From Trichoplax adhaerens (Eukaryota; Animalia; Placozoa), in NCBI RefSeq assembly GCF_000150275.1, contig NW_002060948.1:1-64000 (forward strand): 64,000 bases of DNA. Reading direction: 5' to 3'. Each line of letters starts with the position of its first letter. The first letter of the stretch is position 1. A program made the position numbers and the translations under genes. Below the pieces are notes generated by a model. The model saw only the letters and a program-made list of their open reading frames with translations, ran no database searches and was not told the DNA's origin. Shown here piece after piece: positions 42,058-56,500 of this stretch.

Positions 42058-45000
42058 ATGACTGCAGTAGATCGCCTTACTGTAAACGATACAGCATTCA
42101 ATAGTAATCAAGAGTACAACTTGCCTTATGCCAGTGAAATATTGAATGTAACCGGTGCTGCAGCCAATGCTGTGATCAGTGGCCTCAAGTTGACTGCAGA
42201 TGACGCCGTGGACGACAACCTTGAAAGCTTCAGCCATCACTCGCGTCATAACGGTAAGTTTCGATAGTCCAATGGCGTTGTAGAAACGACTACGAGAAGC
42301 AAATGATATTTTCAATGATTCATGTCGCCATTTTACAACTTTCTCCAGCAAGCAATCAAAATGTAACGTCATATTCTCTCTCCAATGTCGATCATCTTGT
42401 TCTTCGTCGTGCTTCTCACTTTTACTAGACTTCCAACCAAATAGAAAAATACACTTGCAGTACGTAGAGTATCCTACTATACGATGAGTACACCAAGCGA
42501 TCTCGTACTTGCAGTCTTATCATGCAAATAGATTAGCCTTGGGCAGAGTGGTGCCAATGATTCTGCAATCCTACAACGAGCTGTAAAAGAATAACAATCC
42601 CATTACAGTATATATACACTTCAGTACAGTATATTCTTTCTCACTTCATGTTGGTTACACGTATTTTGTAGCTCTCCATGATTGCAAAACTGATCAAACA
42701 CTGCAGCATCACCACGCTATACTGTACCAGGAATATGGAATAACAAATCATGATGGTAATAGACCATACTATGCCTACACAATTCGATCGAAAATCAAAT
42801 AAGAATGTTGATTCCCGGCTAGCTGTAGCTTACTGCCAGGAGAATACTGTAGATGCGCGTACTGACGTGTATCTTTTACCTAACCAAGTGGATAGAATTT
42901 ATTCTATAAGCAACGCTATAGCCATTTACGGCTTGGAATACTACACACTGTGGGTCAGCATGATTCTAAAGAAAAAACATCGCTTCCAAATACTCTTCTA
43001 TATTTATGAATATAATACATAAATATTGTCCTCTACTATCACTGTACGACATCCTGCAACTCAGTAAATGTACACTAGGTATTCCTTGATTGATTGATCT
43101 GTCTGATCACTTATGAGGTATTACTAATAAAGCTTGCAACGATTGCTTGCTAATAAAGCTTGCAACAATTGCTTACTATTAAAAATACTCAAATGCTTCT
43201 GATATCCAAAAGCATTGCTGTTTTAATGACTATCCGATTGCATAAAGATAAAGAAGCCCAAGTGTGCAAGTCCAACTAGTTATCTTATCAATAGACATCG
43301 ACGGACATACTGTACACTACTACATCACTCTTCCACATCAATCAGCATACAGTTTATTACCCGATACAAAACATCCTTTTATCAAATGATAAAATCCCCT
43401 ATAATGTTGTGAATTATTCGTAATATACTACATGTCGGTATGGCAATCATCATATCTTTCTCTTCTACTCGAAAATGTCCAGGCTAATTTCCTACAATGT
43501 TATAAACTGCTACAGATATAGACGATGGTCTCACCACAGAAGATGAAGACGCACTAGAATCTGTACAAAAGAAATCTGCTAATGATACGAAATCGAAAGA
43601 TACCCATGCAGATAATTGTAAGATTAAAGACTTGTAAATTATAGCTTCTTTTGATCATATTCAATATTATAGCATTCATTGCCACATTTTTCTCTATTAT
43701 TTATACTCTACTCTATTATGATAAATCTTGCTTGTATCTTATTACTGTAAATTGGAACCATAGCATACTTTATCAATCGATTAAGTAAGGCTATCAAGCC
43801 AAATTTTACTACCATCAAAAATCCGATACTCGAGTGACAATCATGACATAATCAAAGTCCACAGTCAATCCCTTATAACTGAAATGTCAATATATTAGCA
43901 AGCATTGAATTGGATTGTTTTGTTGGGGTGTTAATGTTATAAATTTACAATCAATATCTTCGATGATGATTAACTGAATTAATGCTTTTTAGATTTGAGA
44001 CAAGACAGAAATTCTTATGCTTCCAGGCATCCAATCAATACCATAAAGGTACTAACATAACTAAATTACCTTTAGCAGTATTGTCGAATTCTTGTGTGAG
44101 CAGTTAACTTCATAGGATACTACATGATATTTCCATACAGACAATAGTAATAGTAGAGCATTTTAAATAATCAGGAAATCTTCAATCTTACTTGGGTAAA
44201 ATATCATACTTGGTAGGTGTACAATGTATCATCCATCGTAATCGACGTTGGCAGTATAAGATACTAGCTTATAGTAAACGCTGTAGTGACTTTTTCAACA
44301 ATTTTTGAAAATATTATTCAAGATTTACGGTATTCCTATGTTGCTTTTTACTTGCCAGTAGGTACTGTAGTAGGAATTAACAGTTAAGACGGTTCATGAC
44401 AAGGACCATATGACCGCACTCAGACTACCATATTTACCGTCTTCAATCTTTGCCAGGCTATTATCTGCCGCCTGTGCACTATCGTATGCCTTGCAACTAT
44501 ATAATATAAGTAATGTTGTTAATAGGCTAAAACATATCGCTTAGTAATTGCTTTCTACAGCAGTTTGTACAACAAAGATATGATACCTGGCCACAAAATA
44601 ATGATATGATTTATTATAGCACGTACGATAGCGTGTTAAAAATGGTAGCAATTCATTGTACGTTAGCTTTGCTTTTAAGTTTAAAAATATCTAATTTCGA
44701 ATAGTGTTCATAGTTATATAGTTATTAAATTGATTTTACTAAAAAATCCGAAAATATTGCTTTTTTATATATAAGTCATCAAATCGCTCGATACAACAAG
44801 GAGAGCATGATACTACGATCGAAATTGGAAAATTCGAAGGTAAATCGTAAACTTCGATAATATAATTTATGAATTAATGATATATTATTACTACCCTATA
44901 TATACTGTATGTATACTGGAAATTAACCTATAACTAGATTTGCTCATTGGACTTGATTTTATATACCTGTCTTCTTGATTATAAAATAGACAAACTTGTC

Positions 45001-48000
45001 ACTCGTTCCTTCAAGCTTAGCGATCGCGAACAAAAATTAAAATCTACGTTCATACACAGGCAAGTGTAACTCTGTTAAACAATTTCAGATATTGAACTTT
45101 TATGAAAAAATTTAAAGGAAATATACGATGTGATTAAAATACACTGTTGTCCATAAATCTTACTATTTATCACCTTTTTTTATCGAATAAGTAGCCAAGG
45201 AAACCGAAATAAGCCTATTAAACGGGTCCTCCAACCAAAATTGATCAAGAATAAAATTAATGATGACTTTCAACAGACATCTCAGCAATCGAAGGAACCA
45301 AATATTGCTTCTACAGCTGCAGCTGCTGCCGCCGCCGCTGCAGTTGCAGTTGCAAATACTTCACCTATTTTAAAGGTGAGAAATAGAATAGACGCATGTA
45401 CATGAATTACCGTAATGTAACTGCATCAGTATTAAGTTGCACTATTCTAAAATGTTGCATATCTTGTTCTACATGCTTACGCTTCAACTATCGCATTCAG
45501 GTTCAAGAAACGCTAGAAAACAAATTAAATGAACTCATCAATCGACTTCAAGTAATAGATAACAACATTAACAAGAGTGATTCCTATCGGAGTGAACAGA
45601 ATTTACTTCAAACACAAAATAAACTTCAAGAACAAGTTCATAGTCTAGTCAATCAGCTTGAAGGCTTAGAACAGGTCGAGAAATTCATATTGATATTTTT
45701 ATTTGTGCTATAAATTACTAAAGTGTTTTTAACGTCGTAACTATGAATTTCAGCAGAGAGATGTTGATAGAAAAAGTAAAAGTGTACTCGAAAAAGGTCA
45801 CCCCGTAAGCACGTCCAAGTTGTTACCTTCTCCAACCGATAATGATGGTAATGCTATCGCACCAAATGACAATGTTCAATCGCAGTCATTACACTATAAT
45901 AACAATCGGTTAAATGTTACTCGTGATGTTATGGCAAACACTGTTAGATCAGATATAAAGAACAGTAATAATAATCAATACGCTTTGGCTAAATTTGTTG
46001 GTCCACGCACCAATCCTCCTAAGCCAATTGAAAAAAATCACTCCAAGCAAGCTAGAAAAAAAGAAAATCACGAAAGAGGCAAACTGTTAGCAGAAATACT
46101 ATCATCTGAAAGTTCTCCATCGTCAGTTCATGATGAAAATCGTTTAGGCAGTCAGTTATCCAAGAAGTCAATACCTAGTACGAAGATTAAGTCTAATAAA
46201 TCAAAAAATTCTGTTAGCGTAAACATTGGTAATTACGGAGAAACTAAACCGCTAAATTCCTACATGTTGCCACACTCACAATCAAGTAATCGGAAGGAAG
46301 ATATTCTGATGGAAGTTAGTAATCGGCAGATATGGAATGGGATAGGAAAAGCTGAAGATGATTTAAAAGAGATACTCTCAACTTCGAACATTATTGATAA
46401 TAATTTGGAAATTGTTTCGCAAGTGAGCCGCTATCGGAATAGCATTTTTAGTAAGGTTGAAAACATGAAAACATTTCAAGATATAAGCACACAACGTATT
46501 AAAATGGAGGTTAGCAATAGGATTGAGAATATTACAGGTGAAATAGAACCGGAGATTGTAGCGGCTTTAACTAAAGTAGTAATCCCCCAGAATGAAAGTA
46601 ATAGTACAGGCGGGAAGATAGATGAAACTAAAAAAATTGATACCGTCAAGGGTCATCGACGATTTCTGAAAGGCAAAAAGGAATCTAATAAAAAGGTAGA
46701 AAATGATTTCGCTGTACATAAATCCAAAAAGGGAAAGGTGAATAACTCTATTAATGGAGACAAGACTAGCCTTAAAGAAAGGATGCAATCTCGAATAGGG
46801 CTTGAAAAGGGATTACACAGGAGAACCAGTAACGATACCTCCAAATTCAATATGGGCGGAAATTATTATAAAGCAGAACCTAGGCGTCAACGGATTGATT
46901 GTTTACCTAATTATGAGTCAAAGGTAATTCCTTTAGGATACCCTATTATATCTAATTCTGTAACGGTAGAGGATACACACAAGCCTATGAAAGACAGCCA
47001 AGATCTTAATAATTTAAAATCGAGAGAAAATAACAGTGCGCAGTCGGTTAATCTGTGCAAAGACGAAAATATTAAAGAAAATGGTATGTATATGTTCATT
47101 AGTTGAGTTAATTTATGGTTATGAATTAAGTATTTAATGTTATCTAATAAAAAATTAATTAAGATTTGCTCTAATTTTATTCACTTTCAATTTTACAAGT
47201 TGATATTCATGTAGAAGAAAGAAAGAGCCCTCAAGTAGAGGAACAAGTCATTGACCATCCTGTTAATAAGGACAGAAAAGCCGAATTACAAACTGTGTCG
47301 CATGAGGACAAGCCGTCTTCATTCAGTAGTGAAACTGAAGAAGAGATTCCAATCAGGGTAGGTTGTATACGTGTGATAATATTCTCATATTATTCTTGTT
47401 AGTATTATATATTTGCAATTTAATGTTGGCCTAATATTCAATTGTAAATTATGATTATCTAGAATGGAAACAGTGATAAAAATTTGGTAATGTCGTTATC
47501 CTTGCAAGGAGCACGTCTCCAACCGAAAAATAAATCTCCTTCATACAACGCTGAGCCTAGAAATCGGTATATCAGCGGTAAATACTTTGGTGAAACAAAT
47601 ATTCTAGAATCGGAACAACAATTGCAAATAATGATACGAAATAATATAGTTGATTGGTATGAGTAAATAATATATGGAAATTCGACTTATTAAAGTTGTA
47701 AAATTTTATACTGTAATATATATGAGTTACTACCAGGAATTTAATATTGTCGATTTTATTTATAGGGTTGAACAGGAACTGATTGCAAGAATAGTTTCAG
47801 AGGCTGGTAATATACGCAACATCAGTAATGTTGATGTCGAGAGTAGTAATGAAGCAGATGAATCTTCCTCGAAGAGCAGCGAAGCTGATCTCTGTAATTG
47901 GATATTTATATTTAATGTAAACAGTTGAGTAAAGTAAACTACGGCTAATACATGCTATTTTTCTTGGTTGTAATTTATTCATTTATAGTAAACCAAATGG

Positions 48001-50401
48001 GATCTCGAGGTTTGCAGTTACTAATTGATGCCGGAAGTTCTATCAATCATGAAGCAGTAGAAAACCTAGTATCAGAGGTTTTGACTGATAAATTGAGAGA
48101 TCAGATGGCCGGAGCACAAGTTGAAGATGGTAATGATTTCAAACGTCTGGTAGACTAACGTCACCAATAATGTTTTTCTAACATGTAGTAAAGTGCTATT
48201 AATATAACTTCTATTTTCTGGCTTGTTTTAGAATCTGAACATAATCTAATATTAGATAAAACAGTTCTAACGCCTCAACCAACACCGCCAGAATCAGATT
48301 CAGACCATGAATTTAATGTGATTGAAGCTCCCAATGTATATACACCTCCAAAATCGAATGCTTCTTCATCGACATCATCTGATCTAGAACAAGGACTAGA
48401 CACTATAGTAAAAAATGAGGATAATGCATACGATGAGCGTAGCATTGATAGTGAAAATTTAACAGAAAATAATCCACAAAAAGATATAGAGGTTTGATCA
48501 TGTAGAATCTACTTTTATGCAAGTCACTATTCCTATTATTGACGTGTCTTAATTAAAATGGAATACATCAACAATAGGATTCAAAATTTCAAAAGCCGGA
48601 CCTGGATACACCAATTCTGAGTCCTTCTGCAACGCCTCCTCCTTCGGAAATCGAAATGGTTCCTCCAGTGACTCCTACTCCGTCTGAGTCTGATAAAGGA
48701 TCAATGAATATAGCGATGGAGGACCTTTCACTGACTTCGGAATCAAGCCAGAGTGATGACGATCTTAACCAAACCGTAATTGCTAGCCATAAGTACGGTG
48801 GCACCACTCGAATTTATGATGAAGATGAAGAATACAATTCGCAACATCAAGTTTATACTTCAGTTTCTGAAAAGCAAATGATCGAAGGAATAGACAAGAG
48901 TGCAGTAATTGCGCCTAGACCTATGTACGGCCTTAGTAATCTATATTTGTATACATTGAACTTTGTATTGCATCATGAAGGCATCAGCATTGATTTAATG
49001 TTCAATTATTAACGTAGTAGTTATTTTTCCACTTCTGCTGAAATTGCTAACGATGACGAGTTATCAGTAATACAAGAACTGCAACATTCCGAGCTGTCGA
49101 ATACAGAAGTCGAGAAAGGTAACGTTACTAATTTGTTCAGTTCATACCGTTGGTTACAGTTTTCTCTGTAATACTTATTGTTAGTTTTTAGAATTAAAAA
49201 ATGATAAACATTCTGGTAGTTGTAGATGAAGGAAAAGTTAGCCCTAAGACCATGTCAGAGTCTAGCTCTATAGTTACAACAAATGATACGTATGGAGATG
49301 GTATTTCGGAAGGGGAATTGTTGACGAACGAATCAACTGCGTATGTAGAGTCGCGGAGTGAAGGAGAATTTGTGCATAAGAATAAAATTCAGAAGGATGC
49401 ACGGCCACATTATGAAGCCGGTGAAATGATTAATACCTATGTCTATTGTTAGTATGTATGCTAAATATTTGAATGTAATTTTAAAATTTTTATTTGCTGT
49501 CTTTGATTGTAGCTATCAATTCTCGAAGATTAATTGAAGCTATTCTGGATGATGAACTACCAACCGAAAGCGCTAGTAGTGACACAGTTATGGATAACAC
49601 ACTAAGTGAAGTTAATCCATTACCTGATGATGTTAGATATAACGAGATTTTAAATCAAAAAGTTATTACCTTTTACATGTTCTTTAGTACAGCAATTACA
49701 GTTTGTTGATTTTGATAATAGGATGGGAGCTGCTCAAGCGAAGGTGAAATTTCGCCTGGTGCTAGGCAAGTTAAAGTATCAAGCATTGACCAGGTAGAAT
49801 TCGACAATGATGGCAGTGAAGGTCAGCTGAGTGTTGGACAGGTCAATATCGAAAAGATTAACCCTACATTAACAAAAGGAGACGTTGCAAAATCATCAAA
49901 TCGTAACTATCCAGACCATATAGATGATGGCAATGTAGAGTCCACGGCAATTGGTGGCATCAGATATGTTACGCCTATATCAGCAACTACAGAAATACCT
50001 GCAACTGATATTAGGCCAAAACTGCCGGACAAACTAGAAACAGAAATATTAGACTGTCATTCATCCAGTCCTTCAGAATTAGAGCCGTTAGGCGCTATTG
50101 CAGCAGGTAGTATTTACTGTAATATTTTTAGTTTCATAAATTGGAAACATTTTAGATTAAATAAACATTATTACATGTTATATTCGGTATACAAATTTTG
50201 GTATAATCCTTTCTACCATATATTTATACGCGTATATTTACGTATTTGTCAGGAACTGACGGCATGGAATTTGTGACGGAGGAAGAAGACAAGGATCAAT
50301 CAAGAGTTTTTATGCGTTCTGAAGAGATATACGATAATGATAAGGAAGAAGCAGATATTTCAGTTTTATCAATGGATGACATTGATAGTATATCTGGTTA
50401 A
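42058..50401 (+). CDS. KIAA0586: TALPID3 centrosomal/ciliogenesis protein
   Basis: Multi-exon ORF from ATG 42058 (first exon to 42253) to TAA 50399-50401. Conserved TALPID3 blocks: AAAAAAVAVANTSPILK-VQETLENKLNEL, IRNNIVDW-VEQELIARIV, GLQLLIDAGSSINHEAVENLVSEVL, TPQPTPP and repeated SEGE motifs. Head-to-head with TIMM9 as in vertebrates. Confidence 0.88.
43125..43178. repeat. 26-bp tandem duplication in TALPID3 intron 1
   Basis: ctaataaagcttgcaac(g/a)attgctt x2. Confidence 0.8.
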
Positions 50402-52065
50402 AGATACTTACGCAACTAATTATCCAACATATTGCTCGCATATTTTGTCCTTAGTCAGCCCAACTTATACGTTCTGCAGGGTGAAAGTGATGTTAGTTAG
50501 ATCTAGCTCATAGAAAAGGATTATATTATTCTGGAAGATTTATTCCAATCTGTAAAAGAGATGATATAACGTCATATCATTAAATGTTACTGGCATGATT
50601 GCAATCCAATTTAATGTACCATATATGAATCCAACCGTGTTCAGGTTTGGAGCCGCCAGACTCTCTTGGTTAAAATGTGTAATATATGTATGTTCGATTC
50701 ATAATTTATTGTCATCGTACATTACTTGTATATTAAACTGACTGTAATATATACTGTGTATAACATACGAAAACTGCTTGTAACATGAGATAATATGTAT
50801 TGTTTAGTTTAGATTGTATTGGCTATAAATTTTGGAATCTGAATATAAATGTAGGCGTGAACTTTATTTATAAAATTACGAAATGTATTATTTTTGAATC
50901 CAATTCGCTAAAGCAGTTACAAGTTGTAGAGGTAACAATAGATAGTATCCAAGTATATGTATACAACATATGTATAGCAATAACGATATAAATTAATTAA
51001 GGTTTGCCTCTGTAGTACGTAAATTGTGTATATGCTATATTGTATATTAAAATTGCCATAAGGACTTGATTATGCTTAGCTATTATCTTACGAGTATTAT
51101 TAATATGGTCTAACGAATAACGGAACTGTAGCATTAACAATAAATAATTGCTAATTTAGCGTAGAAGTCCTATATTAGTACCATCGACAGATCTTTTCTA
51201 AAGGATTAATAAACATTGAATAAATTGTAGCGATGCTGTAACAGTTGCTCTTCACGCCTGGTGCTGTAATTAAGAAATCAGGAGTAAAGGAGGACTGATA
51301 AAGCGTACATCTACAGTTCCCCTCTCCCGTTTAATATTAATTGACAATAACAAGAGTAATGCTATAAACCGGCTATGGCATCTGTACTAAAATCTTTCAT
51401 TAGGCATTTAAAGACATTTTGGGTAGCTTAAATTGACAAATCCTATAGAGCGGCCTCGCGCCTGTTACGGACGAACATTAATAAAATTATAAATTTGTGA
51501 ATTTTAATACGAATTAGAAAATTTTACATAACAACAGGTACAACTATTGCTATCAACCAGAGAATAGCTTATGACGAAAACATACAAGACTTTAAAGTAT
51601 GTACTTAATTTAATTTGTAACTAGCGATCCTTCGTGTATACTATACAAGTATACATATTACATGTCAACCACTGTAGTATTGTAGTGTTAGTACCAATAA
51701 TGTCACTTAAGTACTCAAACTAAAGGTAGTGCAGTACTACAGGATCTCAAGAATTTATTTACCATGATTTATTTTTTGTTCTTGCTATTATTAAGAGTCA
51801 TTTCTTGTCTAGCAATTTTGGACTAAAGATAACCTAGTTGGATAATTGGTAGCCGCTGTAATTTTGGCATAGATTTGCTAAATACAGTTTTGGTAACGTT
51901 GACATGCTATATATTTTTACTAATCATGAATAACATATTACAATTTTTCTAAATATGGAAAGGATTGTTGTAAATTGAATTAGTGTTACAGATGTATTCA
52001 AATTTTTGGCTGTGTCAGTAATTACATTAACAGTAATTAATGTCAAGTAATTTAATTGCATCACT

Positions 52066-52183
52066 ACTTCATAGGCTGATAAGTAAATATTACAACTTCC
52101 ATTGCTTATTCTTAGATTAATTGTATCACAACTTCATAGGCTAATAAGTAAATATTATAACTTCCATTGCATATTCTTAGATT
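52066..52183. repeat. About 65-bp-period tandem duplication, upstream of SYT
   Basis: acttcataggct(g/a)ataagtaaatatta(c/t)aacttccattgc(t/a)tattcttagatt x2. Confidence 0.85.
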
Positions 52184-53572
52184 GAAATCTAAACACAAGC
52201 ATACTCATCACGTCACAAGGCTTGAACTCAATGATTTATCTGACTCTTAATATCAGCTACTTGTGAATTTTTATGATTACAATAGAATTACTTGCACCGT
52301 TATTAAGACTTATGATCGCCATAATGCAATCATAAAATTTCGAATTCTTTTCCCGTTATGCCATGAATGATTTAGAGAAAATTTGGTATTTTTGTATCCA
52401 ACTTATGTGCTGAGTTGATATATTGTAGATAGCTATAGACATATGACCTTACCTAACACATGAATATTATATTGGCGTGCATGAATACCTGTAGAGTGCA
52501 GACTCGTTTCTAACTGTGCCATCGTCGTTGGTTCGTAGTGGCTGTATGATTACCGTAGGATTTATAATGTACAAGTGTGCATATACGTATGCACATATAC
52601 GCATATGAAATACTATGGCAGAAAATTTAAAAACGACGATTCTTATTTATTAAATTATATGGAAATTATTTAACTTTTACTGAAGCAACTTATTTTAAGC
52701 AACAGGCGAATTACTTCAATTAACGTTCCTTTCGCAATAATATGAAAATTATGGTGTTGTTATTATTAACGGACTGTAATAGAAGAGTTATGAGATATGA
52801 CCCAGTAAAGGTAGATGATTAACCCTGCTGTTGATGGCTATAAGCCCTTCTCAATCAATCATACTATTATAAATAATAATGTTGATTTAGCATTGTTTAA
52901 GTAGAATTGACCATAAGGTTGTCATTTATGAAAATAGATTTGGTTATAACGCTAACCAACTTATGTTGTTTATAGATAGACTATTTAGGGTAGCGTCTCA
53001 TCGGCAAGATAATGGAATAATTCAATTGTTAACCAGACGCTAACTATATGGCAAACCATCTTTGCTGTTTTTAACAGTATGTTGCATATTTTAACCTTTT
53101 TCAAGTTTAACGGTCACTGACTATTGTTCGTGACAAACTACGCTAAGACAGGCTGATTAGTTTAGTGTAGAACTTAGTTGACATGAAAGATAATATCTGG
53201 CTACATTTTTCTTGCTATTAACTTTTTATCTCCCTTGTAATTTAGTTCCTGCGGATTTTTTAAGCACTTTTTCTGTACATGATTGAGCTAGTGATAGCTT
53301 AAAACGGTATTATCGTTGTAAAGGATTCATTGAAGTTTATTTTGCATTTTCAACAATTCTTGAATTTTAAATTACTTTGCTGCATTTTGATATAAAGTGA
53401 TACAAAGATTGAGTCGCCATATTTTCTATTCGATATTGACAAGTCTTATACCTGTGCAAATTTTAGTCGTAGCTGAAGTTGTATTGCAGTGCTAGAACAG
53501 GTTATAGATTAAATGAAAGGATGCATACGGCAATATCTGACTGATAAGGATGTATAGGCAGTATCAACCAAA

Positions 53573-56500
53573 ATGGCAAAGTTACCGAGTAAGTTCAATC
53601 TTTTATGAAAGACGTATAAATATTCACTAATTTTAAATTTTCATTTTGCCTTCTTGATTATCATTGAGATAAATGATTTGCTTGGTAGAATGCATTCAAA
53701 TTTATATTGTGCATTTTACTTTAAATCTATGGTAGTGCAAGAGAATATTGCTGAAGCGATGCAGCAGTATCCAATTTACAGATTATTTTCAGATATTATT
53801 AGTGATCTGATTTTAGCTCTAAGTTAATAAGATTGGATAATGAATAACAGTCTTTTCTCTTGGATATATTCCTATATTTTTATTGCTTACTTAGTAATAC
53901 TATCCAAATTAGCCCGATCTTATTTTAAATTGCAGCATACTGCAAGAGAAAACAGTGGAAGGGATAGTTGACGTCTTCTAGATGACTACCAGAAAACATT
54001 TTATTACTATTAGCTTGCTATGATCAAAAACTTAAATCTTAGCGGAGTTATTAGGGAATAGTAATTTTCTGTTAACTCTAATCTTATATTGAGCATTCTC
54101 TCCTTACTAGTACAGCTCTAAAGCCCATAAATTTTGGTTAAAAATAGTAGAATAAGATATCATTTAAGGCACAAATAAATACGTATCATGTGCAAGGATA
54201 CATTCTTATTTTAGTACCTTGGATTGTGTAATACTAGCTTTGACTTGATAGAATTTGATAGGGAATAGTAATATGTTTTCTCTCAACTCTAACCCCATTA
54301 CTTACTGTACTGTATGTTATCATATTGATGTTTGATGTTAATAAATTCATAGTTTACATCGATAAATTGATTTTTCACTTAAAAATGGTAGTGATAAAGT
54401 AAATTTATCAACACAATTTAATTAAAGAAATTTTAGAATTATTCTTGAAAAAATCCATTTATATCAACTGCCATACTATCTCTTTTTGATGCCGTTCCCC
54501 TTAACATCATAAATAGATTTCAGCTCTGCTTTTTGCTAAACCACTTTTCTATTCTTATAAATTTATCGTTTATCCGATATTTTAAATTATGCGTTGATAT
54601 AATATCCCCCTAAATCGAATGGATTCTAGCGCTATCCAATAATACATTTTCAATAAAAATCTCTCATTATATTTTGACGCCGCTGACAACATTACTCAAG
54701 GAAATTTTTAGTCGTGCTTCTTACTCGAGTTTTTATGTTAATTCTTTATAATTAATATCATCCATTATTATACCAAGGAATACAAGATTATCACCCGCGC
54801 TTTTATAATCATTTGAAGTCTCACGACTTACGGTTACTGATCATTAACCTATCTAAAATTTTTACTTTACCTTTATCCAACTTTAGTATTTTGCTTTCCT
54901 AATCTATCTAATAGTACCTCTGCCAACCATTATTACATTGTTGCTGAACATTAACGTATCTAAAATTTTACCTACCATTATTTAACTTTGCTAGCTGCCT
55001 TTCCTTCCATCTCAATAGTAACTCTTCCGGCTGTTATGACATCGTTATCGATCATTAACGTTTCTAAAAATTTCACTTACAATTACTTAACGCTGTTATT
55101 TGCTTTTTTATCCTATCTAAATAATACCATTACCAGCTGTTCTAGCATCAATACTGATCATTAATACGCGTATATCCAACTTTTGACTTACCCTCATCGA
55201 ACGTTGTTATTTGCTTTTTCAATTCATCCAAATAGTAGCTCTTCCTGCCGTTATAGCATCATTACTGATTGTAGTTAATACGTATATCTAAAATTTGACT
55301 TACCATCGTCTAACGTCGTTATTTGATTTTTTATTCCATGAAAATAGTACCTCTGCCAGCCATTGTTGCCCTTTTCATCATCTCTATTCTGCTTGTGCTC
55401 CTATTAATCATCTACTGTACCATACTACATAAAAAGAAATGTAAAAAAATTTGTTGCGAGAGTTGTCCATGTCATAAAAAATCAAAACCGAGGTCACTAT
55501 TGCCTGGTACGGATGCAGAAGATGGCTCTGATGATAGTATCGATCATAATGATGAGAAATCCGATCTATTATTGAGAGATCGGCAAAATAATGCATTAGA
55601 ATCTGTTCAAGTGCAAAAAAATTATGGTGAAGATCGCAATCAACGACGTTATACTAATAGTGCCAATATAGCAGCTGCTACTAGTAGACCAATAACTCCA
55701 TCGATAAGTAATACTAGTCGGCAACAATATGATCGAAATTATGCCAATGGAAATAATACTCGAATTGCAGCCGGTCAGCAAAATGGTGCTCGAACTTCTG
55801 AAACAGAATCAAGATCAACTCCTTATGCACGTACTGGAAATACGAGTAATTTACAATATGATGATCGATCGCTTAAATCTATTCCTCTAACATCGACTAA
55901 TGATAGTGATAATTATCCTAACGATTCAGCTCCATACCATAACGACGGAAATTCATCATCGGTGATGCCTTACCATACTATACCTAATCCTAGTATTTCC
56001 TCACAAATTAGTAGTACCATACCCGATGTCGATGAACAAGATCAAAACAACTCCGATTACGAAGAAAGTCTTTCTCAATTAAATACTAGAAGTGGTCAAG
56101 TTCAATTTAAAGTTACTTATGATACAACAAAATCAACTGTTACCATCAATATCGAAAGATTAAGCGATTTACCTGCCAACGTTAGTAAAGGCATAGTATC
56201 AGTCCATGGAGCTTTCCTTGGCAGTAAAAAGAAACGCTTCAAGACTAAACGGCGTAATATGCGATCAGCCATCTTTAACGAGAAATTTGAGTTAGCTAAA
56301 ATAAGTCTAGAAGACATGAAAGATGCAGTTTTACGCTTACGAATTTATCACACTACTGATAAAATTTCCTTTTCCTCGGAAAAAGTCATCGGTGAATCAT
56401 TCCTACCCATGTCTATCGTTGCATCATATGAGAATGCTGAATCAATCCACCAAACTACAGCTATTCAGCCAGTAAAGACAGGAATTAATGGACAGGTAAA

